Shown here piece after piece: positions 25,901 through 37,374 of a stretch of 64,000 nt of DNA. Position numbers and translations under genes: made by a program. Source of the stretch: Nemertoderma westbladi (taxonomy: Eukaryota; Animalia; Xenacoelomorpha); contig JAUCBJ010004127.1 of the NCBI GenBank assembly GCA_032718475.1, positions 1-64,000 of the forward strand, given 5' to 3'. The stretch's first letter is position 1, and each line of letters begins with the position of its first letter. The notes beneath the pieces were generated by a model, which saw nothing but the letters and a program-made list of their open reading frames with translations, made no database searches and had not been told where the DNA came from.

Positions 25901-26455
25901 CCTGTGTATGTCTTCCCAGGCAGCTTCCGATAAGTCAAACGGGAGTCCGGGTCCGGGGAAGTTCCATTGCGACTCGACAATAGACTTCAGTTCTTCCCTT
26001 GTGTATCCCGCATAACTATCCTTGGTCGATCGCTTACTTCTCGCCCAATCAATCTGGTGTTCCTCCACCGCAATCAATACCCTAGTGAGTACGGCTGCAG
26101 GAAGGATGAGAAGGGGATCCGAATAAACCGCATCTGCCATCTTTGCTCCGCGCTCGGGTGTCAGCTCTACAGTATCCGCACTACTGGAGCTGTCGGGCCG
26201 CTGAGAAATAAGTTCTCGGCTCGAGTGTTGCTGCTGTTCCGCTGCTTCTTGGTCCCGCTTGACCTGAGCTCGAGTGCCTATGATAGACCTACGGTGTTGG
26301 ACTAGCCTAGGGTCTGATATTACTACTGGAGGGATGATCTTTCTTACAGTAGGAGGTGAGTTGAACTTCGGTCTCACACGTTCCACACTCCTGTCTGGGT
26401 CACAGATGGTTGTATCTAGGAGACTGTCTGACAGGTTTTGCTTTGTGTCAGACAT
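16975..26455 (-). pseudogene. A2 gag-pol polyprotein (originally ~2700 aa), with stop at 22511, frameshifts and a 1.3-kb insert
   Basis: Three BEL Cys-His boxes (CALCDGTH, CYNCLRQGH, CAKCGAKHHLLLH), ALLDSGS, YMDD, HVFGDAS, HHCC, GVDIFGP, SDKGTNF, GGSWERLI; the TAG at 22511 is TGG in A3. Confidence 0.95.
20879..22163. mobile_element. Unclassified ~1285-bp GC-rich insertion in A2 pol
   Basis: Absent from A3, where ...LER-LPKDQV... is contiguous (~49735); no TSD or TIR seen. Confidence 0.7.
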
Positions 26456-28391
26456 GTTTGTTTGTACAGTTGAATGCCTACTGCTATATTACAGTTAAAG
26501 CAAGTCTAGTAATTCAGTATCAACTGTTAGCCTAGTAATTAATTACCGATACTGTTACTCAGTGTAACGTGATATATATATATAATATATTAGAATACCG
26601 GTATACACTTATAGTATATATATAAGTATTATTACAGACTAGGTTTGTCACAGAATACCGGTATATAATTTCAGCGCAAATATATATAAATATATAATAG
26701 GCCTATCGTGAATACCGGTATACAGCTTACACTTATAGTATATATAAGTATAATTATGGACTAGAATTAATTACAGAATACCGGTTATAATTTCAGCCTA
26801 AATTTATAGAAATAAATATAATAAGCCTATTGTAAATACCGGTATGTCAATTATTTTAGAATAATTGAATTTCTGAATTTTAGGGGTTACTTGGTTACTT
26901 TACTTTACTTTATTACCGTTATTTAAGCAGTAGTCCAACTGATATTAAGACCTAATTGTTGTATGACAGGCCTACTATTTTATAAATCGGTTTGAGTTGA
27001 TTTATAATATATATACCCCTATAATGGGTTTTGTCAATATTTGAAATAAATGTTATTATTTCTGGGAAGGAGTCACTGCACAGAAGCTGTACGCTCTCAG
27101 TGAAGTGCTACTTGTTGGACACTAAAACAAATAATTCTAATTTACCTAAGTTACTTAATACTACAAATTACGTACAATTCGGGGTGAGATTACAATCTCT
27201 AAATAAACACAAAAATTACACGTACGAATTTTTAGGGTAATTTTACAAGAAGTCTACAAACCAGCCTAACAAAGGGTTAGAATATCTGGTTATTACAAAC
27301 AGACAGGATACTACGGTATTTGAAAATAACAAAGCAGTAGTAAATATACTGCGTTGTCCAGATAGGAAAAATACCACCGTCTGACGACTTATAGCCGTAT
27401 CGCTATAAGTACTACGTTATGTATCACGGAGTGTTCCTACCTAGAAGTTAATTACCGCGGTCTACCAGAACCAACGTGCCTATTAACCACTTTACAACAC
27501 AAATATACTGCCTACACACTAATTACCTTCGGAAAGCACTGTACACTAAACCCTAAATTAGGTACAAGTACTTATACAACAAATAATCAGCAGTTAGAAA
27601 TACTTGTACAGCTAAAAGAACCACGGTATCTGCTGGAGTGACCGGGGCACAAAATCACCAGTCTTTACCTACGCCAAGCAGCCCTGATGTAGTACCGGGG
27701 TTAATTTAACTATAACGGTATGTATAACAAGCACAATTACTGTAGGAATAAACTTGGGGATATGAATGTTGCGAATAATCGCATAAACTCTGAATAATAA
27801 ATATTACGCTACGCGTACAGACTACTCAAACAAAATACAGACCAAACGCTGGCAGACTACTATCAAGCCTAAACAAACTACAGTATATGCAGACTCCGAA
27901 ATGGTTAGTTAGTATGCGTTCTAACCGAGTAGTACGACTTATTCTTTCAGGGGGATTTACCTCACAGCACTGGAAGCCCCTACGTTCCTAACTAGTACTT
28001 TATCGGACATACACTCTACACACACCGCAATCTCTTCAGACCTAACAACAGCCAGACAACAATCCAGCCTACAAATTATCTAAATAAGAAATATTACGCT
28101 ACCCGTACAGACTACACAAACAAAATACAGACCAAACGCTGGCAGACTACTATCAAGCCTAAATAAACCACAGTATATGCAGACTCCGAAATGGTTAGTT
28201 AGTATGCGTTCTAACCGAGTAGCACGACTTATTCTTTCGAGGGGATTTACCTCACAGCACTGGAAGCCCCTACATTCCTAACTAGTACTTTATCGGACAT
28301 ACACTCTACACACACTGCAATCTCTTCAGACTTAACAACAGTCAGACAACAGTCCAGCTTACAAATTATCTGTACAATCTGGGCAGGCTTA

Positions 28392-30956
28392 CAGTCCCTA
28401 TCTCATTCTGAATATTATTTCTCAAACTGGGTATCATTTCTCAAACCTTTTACTAATGATAGTCAAGGGAGAATTTCAGTAGGTAAGACTGGGGTAAGAG
28501 TTGAGAAATCAGAAAGATGCAGCCAGCTCAATCTAACTCAAACTGGAGTCTGGCGCCATGGTTTGAGTTAGGTTGACTTCCAACTGTGCCATACTCAGCA
28601 TTACTCTTCCTGTACGGGATGGATAATTACTCTGGTTGAGTGAGGCACCACCACATGGGGAAGGGGCCTCTGTCTGTTGCTTGGGCTCTTGAGTTAATGG
28701 GTTGAATTACATAAGCTGGGCAGGCCGGCTTGCGCGTGTGTCTCATAAAAGACATGTCAATCACGCAGTTCCTTTGTGGGCTCTACTAAATGTATGTTGT
28801 TAACTAAACTACACTGGCTCGGTCTGTTTGTAGAGAAGTTTTAATTCTGGGAATATTGTTGTGGGAAATTGGTGCTCTGTTGTCTGTCTGTTTGATGTCA
28901 ATTGGTGCCTTACAAGACATATCAGTTTAAAAATCTAATGGTTAAATAAGAATTATTAGTGCATATGGGACCTCGGATTAAGCCTCATGCGAATTTAGTT
29001 CCAATGGAAACGAATTTAGTTCCAATTTAGGCGAACTTAGTTCCAATAACTGGAGAAAAACGAAAACGAATTTAGTTCCAATGGATGCGAATTTAGTTCC
29101 AATGGATGTGAATTTAGCTCTAATTGATGCGAACTTAGTTCCAATGCATGCGAATTTGGTTCCAATGGAAACGAATTTAGTTCCAATTTAGGCGAACTTC
29201 GTTCCAATAACTGGAGAAAAACGAAAACGAATTTAGTTCCAATGGAAACGAATTTAGTTCCAATTTAGGCGAACTTAGTTCCAATAACTGGAGAAAAACG
29301 AAAACGAATTTAGTTCCAATGGATGCGAATTTAGTTCCAATGGATGTGAATTTAGCTCTAATGGATGCGAACTTAGTTCCAATGGATGTGAATTTAGTTC
29401 CAATGGATGCGAACTTAGTTCCAATGCATGCGAATTTAGTTCCTCCAATGGATGCGAATTTAGTTCCAATGGAAGCGAATTTAGTTCCAAAGGGGCGAGC
29501 CACGTAGTTGGCGTAGAATCTGTTTAATGACACTATTAAGAGGCTGGTTAAACAATAATTGTAAATAACTAACCCAAAACGCCCAACCTCCTGACGAAAA
29601 CAATCTTATCCCAAACAACGCCCAAGCTCATAACCCAAACTACGCCCAACCTCCTAACCCAAACAACGCACATCCACCTAAACCGAAAGAACTAGTAAAT
29701 ATTGTATTTGTTGTGATAAATGGCACAATGTGCATGACTTGAGTATATAATACTACAGACTCAGTCAGTCAGTATCAGTATACTCGTCATTAATATATAA
29801 TTCAAAATGTGTAATTATACATTTAATAATAATTCGTTTTTTAAAAATGACGGAACGGTTTTACAATTATTTACAATTATTGTTGACCCTGACCCACCCC
29901 AAATATTGACAATACGCAATAGGCTTCGCCTACTACACGTGGCTATCCCCACGATTGAAACTTTGAAACTAAGTTTGTACCCATTGGAACTAAATTCGCT
30001 TCCATTGGAACTAAATTCGCTTCCATTGGAACTAAATTCGCATGCATTGGAACTAAGTTCGCATGCATTGGAACTAAATTCGCATGTCGCATCCATTGGA
30101 ACTAAGTTCGTTTTGATATTCTGGGAGTGATTGGAACTAAGTTCGCCTCGATTGGAACTAAGTTCGCTTTGTAAAATTTATTTTCGAACTAAATTCGTTT
30201 CAATTGGAACTAAGTTTGCCTTTGAAACTGTGCGATTGGAACTAAGTTTGTGCTACCGGGACCTCGCAACACCCACCCCCCCCCCCCCCCCCTCCCATAA
30301 ATATGGCCCTGTCTATAATTACAGAGGTTTCCTCTGGCCCCTTTGCCCGGTATACCCACCCCACACCCGGATGTATTGCGAATAATTGTGTTGACGATGT
30401 AATAGAGAATTAAACATTAGTAAAACATTAGTAAAACATTAAAGTTAAACATTAGAAACATTAGCGAAATATACGCGACATTAAATTAAATTTATAAAAT
30501 TGGTTGGTTATATTATATGGTTATATTTTAATGTAAAATAACGTTAATATGTTATGAGTCATACATACTTAATAAATGTAATAAAAAATTATTAAATCTT
30601 CAGTTTAATTAATTTAGCATATAATTTTTTTATTCTGAAATTTAAAAATAAATTGAGTCACTGAGTCTGCAACTTAATTCTCACGATCTACTGGAGTTAA
30701 TTACACACAAACAAATCAAGTTTAGGGAATGTTATAACACAGCAGGAGACCATCAAACCCGTAGGCAGAGTATAACAGAAACCATGGGCCATTAAACACA
30801 GACAGCTTGTTGTATGACTGCTACACAGTGCACAGTGGGTGGATATGCGAGTTTGAGTTGGGTTTGAGTAAACCAGACAGGTTTGAGTTAGTAAGAGTGA
30901 TGTAAGAGAAAAGGTACCCAGTTTGAGAAAGGGTATCTAGAATGAGATAGGGACTG
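28392..30956. mobile_element. Non-autonomous Tc1/mariner-type DNA transposon in the A2 leader
   Basis: TIRs CAGTCCCTATCTCATTCT / AGAATGAGATAGGGACTG; TA duplication; empty site in A1 (~3259). Confidence 0.88.
28976..30257. mobile_element. Foldback/Mutator-like non-autonomous insert
   Basis: 9-bp direct repeat GGGACCTCG at 28967-28975 and 30258-30266; arms built of 21-bp units (gcgaatttagttccaatggat) in opposite orientations. Confidence 0.7.
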
Positions 30957-31276
30957 TACACGTCTTCTGCTCAACATTAACCTACAAATAAATAAAACTG
31001 ACAGAAATAAGTAAAATCCCAATAAAAAACCAGGGCTGCAGTCCCTGATTAAATATTAAGGCCTACCGGTATATAATTATCAAAAATCGAATAATACTGC
31101 TTTACCTGTACTGCTGTAAGTACCGGTTCGGCTGGTTAGGTTGTTAGGCCTACTGGGTACCGGTTGACCGGTACTTCAGCTTTATTGCCTACTGCAATAC
31201 AGAAGCAATAACTGTTATTGTTCTTACCAGAACAATAGACAACTATATTTATTGCCTACACTGCAATCTGAAATCA

Positions 31277-31287
31277 ATAACTGTTAT
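31277..31287 (-). promoter_or_regulatory. A2 PBS position: ATAACAGTTAT, complementary to LTR-internal 32026-32036
   Basis: Abuts the LTR end; no TGG; exact 11-nt inverted match; duplicated at 31208-31218. Confidence 0.75.
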
Positions 31288-32475
31288 TGTTCACGCTTTC
31301 AGACCTTTAGCAGTTTAACCTGCCAAATTTAGATGTCTTCTAGATTATAAATCGACTTTAGCCTATGACGAGTATTTGATACACTACATTAGCCGAAGCC
31401 AGTCTATGCGCGACCATTCACCCGCTGGATATACCCGGGAGACTGGATGCGGAAGCTTTGACCTTATTGCGGTGTAGGCCCACTGTATTATTCGACTGAT
31501 TGTTAATATATAATTTCTGACAAATATTATTCACTTTCGGGAAATATCAACAGTTCCTTTAGGACGTGGCGCTCTAAATATGTAAACAGAGTTATGACTT
31601 ACACTAGACACAACGGGATGGCTATTGATTCACGTATAAAGCGCATTCTTTAGGAGATGCTTTGTTATCAGTCACAATCATGCACACTACCGCACAATGC
31701 TGCACACCGATCTGCCGACCTTCACTAATTTTAGTCACATATAAAGAGAACAGCAACCGACACATGTAGTGCCTATGAAATAGCAATAGATTCACTCCAA
31801 AACCAATATAATGTAAGTCGCAATTGCTATATGTAACCTGTCTCTTACCTTCAGTATATCAAGAAGATTGGGGGTTTTATGATTATTTATCAATATCTAT
31901 CCAAATATAATAATATTCCATCAACTGATATAATTAATAACCGACAGTAAATAGCAGTAAAAATGCGGTGTTTGTAGGTGACAATATGATTTGTGTTGAG
32001 TTGGTATGGTTTGATTTGTGGTTTGATAACAGTTATACGTTTCTATGACCAAAGCCTACTAATGTTTGGCTAAAGCATGAAACACAGAAATTCCAAAGCC
32101 GGTCTTCTGGCTGTGGACAAAATACACATACTGACTCAATTGCATGATTTTCTGTATACAATCTCCAACACAGAGTCAAAAAACGCTCTGATTGGTCGAC
32201 CGAACAAAGAACGAACAAAGAACAAAGAAAAAGCTACATGTGTACATATCAGCTGTCAGATGTCGTCATGGTAACTACACTGTATCAAGAGGATTTTGGC
32301 TTATTGCGACATAAGATCGCTAGTTATGTCCGCTAAAGTACACATACAGAAGAAATGGCTTTTTATGTCCACTAAAACACCGGTACAGTAAGGAAACGGC
32401 TTTTTATGTCCGTTAAAACACCTATAGAGTACTTTGCGGGGAAAATAACTAGCTAGATCCACAAAAGCCTTTACA
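31288..32475 (-). repeat. A2 5' LTR
   Basis: Sense TGTAAAGGC...GCGTGAACA; CCAAT at ~32190, TCAGT Inr-like motif at ~32132. Confidence 0.95.
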
Positions 32476-32480
32476 GTGTC

Positions 32481-35039
32481 GCATGACCTGTTCTCGTCCA
32501 AGGGGTTCGATGTTCTTGTTCCTATTGGAGTATATTGTTGATATTGTGATGGGGGAATGTCACCCTGTCCCCCCCCACAGGTATGTTTGATACTGGGGTT
32601 GATGTTAATATATTGGGGCCCATGCACCTATCCGCAATAATTCTCCCTTCCCCTGGATATATGTTATGCCCTTGCATGCTGTAGTCATACTGCTGTGCTG
32701 GTACCGGTATAGGCCTATCCACTTCTGGCCTACCTACCGGTATGTACTCCGCGACTTCCGGGTTTAATCCCGTCGTCCATGCCACCCTATTGCCTACATT
32801 ATCTCTCCCAGCATGGCCTATGGTATGTGCAGTAAGGCCTACAGTATGTCCTGCAGTCTGTATGTGTCGCTCGGGATCGAAGTTTAATCTTCTCGAATAA
32901 TCCTCCTCGTGGTTACCGTATTCTCGATCGGTAGGTAGATCCCGTCGGGAAGTTTCTCTTCAACCCCCTCTACTGTTCTCGTCCTTCACTTCTACACCCC
33001 TCTCTAGTCGACACACTAACCCTAATGCGACTGGGTCTATTCACCCCCGCCTCTCCCTCTACTACTGTGTGGCCTACCAGGCCCCCCTCGGGTTGACTCA
33101 AGCCCGCCACTTCCTGCCTACTAACTACGCGGCCTACCAGGCCCCCTTCGGGTTGGCTCAACCCCGCCACTTCCTGCCTACTGACTACGTGGCCTACCAG
33201 GCCCTCACTTGCCGGGCTACGCACGTCCGCCTCGTTCATATTAATAGCACCATTCCCAATATTATCTGTTAAATCAATTAAATCTTCTAAATCATTTAAA
33301 TTATTTGAATTAATAGAATTTGAAACAGGATTATTATTTAAATTATTTTGTGTATTTAAATTTAAATTATTTGAATTATTTTGCGTAATTATATTATTTG
33401 AATTATTTTGCGTAATTATATTATTTGAATTATTTTGTATATTCGGGTTTAGACTATTATTTAAATTATTCGGACTACTTTGTACATTTATATTAGAATC
33501 GTTCGGATTTAAATTACTACTGTCGGGCAAAATATTATTTCCTGCAATGAAAGTTTGGTTAGAATTATCCACTACGGTACTATTAATATTAACGTCATCT
33601 ACTGTATTATTATTATTACCCCCCCCCCCCCCGGCCCCGCCCGTACGGTCACACCAGTCTTGGGTCTGTCGTCTGGTCCCTGTAAGTGGGGTATTAATAA
33701 ATGTTTCCCTAACTCCTGGCTCCTCGTAAATACTACTCGAGCCAGCCTCGCTCTCTGACAGCCCCATCTGCGCCAGTTCTAGTCGGCGCTTCTGTTTGGC
33801 TTGATATTGAATAAGCCCCTTTAGGCAGGCATGCAAACCATCCTGCACACGTTTTCCCTCTATCTCCCTCTCTATTATGTCCTCGCGTAAACTCTGATCG
33901 GCTAACTCCGCCTCTCTCACAACTCTCTCCAGTCGTCTCGCCTCGCGCTCTTTTCGCTCACTCTGCTCTCTCGCCTCACGCTCTTTACATTCTTTCTCCT
34001 CTCTCGCCTCACGCTCTTTACGTTCACCTTTACGCTCGCTCGCCTCTGCCGCCTCTCGCTCTTCTTGCTCCTTCCTTTCCATCCTCCCTATTTCCTCACA
34101 CTCCTTAAAGCTTCTCGCGACCTTCTCGGCCCTCTCTCTATTCTCTCTAGCCAGTTCTTTCTCCTTCTCTAGTAACGCACACCCCTCCTCTAACTGTCTC
34201 TCTAATTCTCTCTGGTCTAGCGCCGCCAGATCGAGTTGGCACACTAGATTTATTTCTAACACCCGTCTTTCTTTTGCGGAGGATGTAGCAGACTTATCGG
34301 TCGTGACGGACTCCCGTCGCCTTCCCGTCCTACTAACTTTCCCCCGCCTTCCGGAATTTCCTCCGACTGACGAGACCGAATCCTCGGGGTTATCCTCGGA
34401 TTCGCCCTCCTGCGGTCTCCTCCAACCCACTAATTTTATTCCCCGGGCATCGACTAAGTATGGCCCTATGTACACTACACCAGGCTCCATACCCCTGCAT
34501 TCCCACAGTTCAAACAGTTCGGTGGCAACCCCTCTCGCTCTCTCATCGGCTAGTTCTCCCTGCCCAAAGCGCATTAAGTAATCAAAATGTTTGTTCGACT
34601 CACCTAGCCACTTCTCTAACTTCACCTGGTCTATCTTGGCCCCTCCTTTGGCTTCTCTTAGTTGCTTTCGGGTCGCGGTGTAGGCTAGTCGGAGCCGGTC
34701 GCTAACCCCGACGTCCTCGTCGCCGACGTCTCCTCTATCCCTCCGTGTCCAGCGTCGTACCGGCGGCCCCACCGTCGCCGTTCCGGTGGGCAGTCCGTCG
34801 CCCTCGGCCTGTGGCTGGCCGGCGACATCGGCACGTCGACCGCCGCTGTGTGTCGACTCGTCTCTCTCCTCTCTCGACTCGTCCGCTCGTTGTAGACGGC
34901 CCCCCTCGGTTTGGATCGCCGGATCGCATATGGTCGACGAATCCGGCGTCGTGGGTCGGTACCGTCGCGTCGCGGCCTCGCGGATCGTTAGGTCGCCATC
35001 CGGGGTCCGCGGCGGTGTCGTCTTTCCTTCTCGACTCAT
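32481..35039 (-). pseudogene. Family B gag N-terminal extension (coiled coil, Asn-rich tract)
   Basis: 689-aa ORF starts 67 bp after the 5' LTR; E/R/K-rich repeats; frameshifted continuation up to the A2 TSD. Confidence 0.8.
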
Positions 35040-35097
35040 GGTTGGCAGTCAGTTTCGGGTCGTTGGTCTTTTAATACTTCTCGGGCAGCTACTAGTA

Positions 35098-35106
35098 TCT
35101 TATCAC
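35098..35106 (-). promoter_or_regulatory. B PBS position: GTGATAAGA, complementary to LTR-internal 35325-35333
   Basis: Abuts the LTR end; no TGG; imperfect pairing extends over 35083-35109 versus 35322-35348. Confidence 0.75.
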
Positions 35107-35696
35107 TGTGATGGGATCCGAGAATCCCGATTTATCCGGTGTCTTATCTACGCGTCCCCGCCTTGCGTGTGTGAAAAGAGTTCTGGGGTTGTTGACTGAT
35201 CGGTATGTATAAACATATAGCGTATAATATAGTTGAATGAAGTATAGCACAGTTGATTGATTTAACAGTTGATTAAATGTACTGGTAAATAACTGAATGA
35301 TGGTGGTGGCAGTAGATGGAGACAGTGATAAGAGTTCCGGTACTGCCCTAACTAACTGACTTACTAAAGTGAATGAAATGACACAATAACTGGTAATATA
35401 TTGCACTAGTTGGCCGTATTACATTACTCAGTGGATGCCTTCCCCCCATTGGCTAATAACTCACTTCTCGCCCTCCCATCTCTCTGGGAGTGTTTCCCCC
35501 TGCTACTGTCACTCTCTCCCTCCTGGAGGTGTAACCTCTGACCCCCGCTGTGTGTGTGTCCCTTTGGGGTTTGTCGCCCCGTTTATTGGGGTGATACGAG
35601 GTTGATTGGCAATCAACCTCGTACTCCCAATATTGCTTAAAGCTCTTGCTTGGCCAACTTTGTGTGGGGTGGTTAGCGGAATTGAATACGCTAACA
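35107..35696 (-). repeat. Family B 5' LTR (590 bp)
   Basis: Sense TGTTAGCG...CCCATCACA; TSD follows. Confidence 0.95.
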
Positions 35697-37374
35697 GAAG
35701 GGAAATGGTGCCCGTGTGAGGGTGTCTACAGCCCCCTCCTGTCTGGAATTGTAAGCACGAAACGCATGGCTGTTGTGCTTTAATGCAGCCACATTTGCCG
35801 GAGACACAGCATCCACAACAGCATGGTAATACCGCACTGACAGCACCGCTCAGCAGCACGCTATCTAAACGATCCTGTCTAACTCACTCCCAATCCTTTG
35901 ATAACCAGTTATACCCCAGATGCAGTGCTCAGTGCAGTACAGTCGTTACGTATATCTACCACTCCAGTTACCTAACAAAAATGGTCTTAAAATGTTCTGA
36001 TATATTTTGGTGTTTGCCAAAAAATTTAATAAAATATATTATTATTTTAAAAATTTGTCGACTTATAAAACCAGTCCGGTTTGGCAAAATGTAAAACTGA
36101 ACCTTGATATTCGTTGTCAGAGACCTCGAATAAACTAAATGCTGTAAAATGTTTTCTAACGATTTCGAGACGATTTAGTGTTTACGGAACAAATTTTGAA
36201 ATTATGTCAATATTCTCGAAATTTCGTTGCCTATAAAAGACTGACTATACAGTAGGTAGAGAGGCAAAACTTACTTGAAAAGCGGAATCAGCGACCGCAA
36301 ATTAACTAAACAAACGATTTCAGCCGATTCCGAGAAAAAAAAACGATTTTGAACTCTAAAAATCTGAAAAAACCGCTGGGGATAACCGCTGTAGATATAA
36401 AACCCGAAAATAATAATCAAACAATCTACAGTACAAAATCTCGCTTTCAGTAAGATATAGTAGGCCTAGGTATTATTAGAATGCACACTTTACATTTTTT
36501 AATCAATAAAATCCGATAACTTCGCCCCATTTTCGACCTTTAAATGTTATTTAATACCAAATACTGTCTGCTGGTTGGTTGTTACTGTAGTTGTTGAGCA
36601 ATGGCGGCTTAGATGAATCAACTCAGCATCAGCAGAACAGTGTAGGGGCCTACTGGTGTTAGTAATGTATTACAATCAAGGTACAGTCTGAAGGGGCAAA
36701 GTTGAAGGAAGCGGTCCGGTGAGTCAGGCAGATTGGGATTTTGTGGAGCCAGTTAAAATCCCGGTGTCACAGGCGAAAATGTTGAAGGAATTTTGAAAAA
36801 AATCAATAAGGGCCGAGCTACGAAACTTTGAAGTATGCTTCGAGGGCCCAAGTGGACCCAAATTCTGGGACTTTAAAAAGTCGTTTTTGTGGAAAATAGT
36901 GTTAAGCGATTTAGTAGAGAATGAAGGGTTATTCTTTCCTAAATGCCAGATGATTGGGTTTCTCGAGATATTTCGCTTCGAATATCGGGTTTTTTTGTGA
37001 GTCGCAAATATTCGCCCCCACTTTTCAGGAGAAAAACTCTCTCGAATCAAAAATCAGTCGGAATAGTTACTACCTGTCTATTAAAAAAAGTTGTTGCAAG
37101 GTCGTAGCTCCGATTATAAAAAAATAGCGTGGAATGCCGTTTTTCCATTTTTGCGCATTTGCGATATTTACAATTATTGCGACTTCGTTTATTGCAACTT
37201 CCCGACCGCTTTCGAAAAAAGTGGTTGATATTTCTGCCAGAGCTATCTTTCCTCTATCCAACAACGAAAAAATCGTAATAAAATCGGAATATATTTTTCA
37301 TTCTCTATACACCTCCAACGAGGTAAAATAACACTATTATCACATATAATTATAGCATAATACTGTACATATAG

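Larger units (their letters stand above)
12519..32475 (-). mobile_element. Family A copy A2, full length, nested in B gag
   Basis: Paired ~1188-bp LTRs; 5-bp TSD GTGTC at 12514-12518 and 32476-32480. Confidence 0.96.
5141..35696 (-). mobile_element. BEL/Pao LTR retrotransposon family B, full length, interrupted by A2
   Basis: Paired LTRs with TG...CA ends; 5-bp TSD GAAGG at 5136-5140 and 35697-35701; order gag-PR-RT-RH-IN. Confidence 0.95.

Noticed and set aside
29177-30385. ORFs with ASIGTKF/LELNS repeats (also 42345-43072, 54088-54831)
   Set aside because: Translations of tandem repeats, not genes
32026-32036. A2 PBS match as an artefact of a near-palindrome (ATAAC-W-GTTAT)
   Set aside because: True for A2 alone, but the non-palindromic A1 and B motifs show the same inverted relationship
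35950-37330. Possible DNA-transposon remnants
   Set aside because: MITE-like composition but no paired TIRs or TSD could be established
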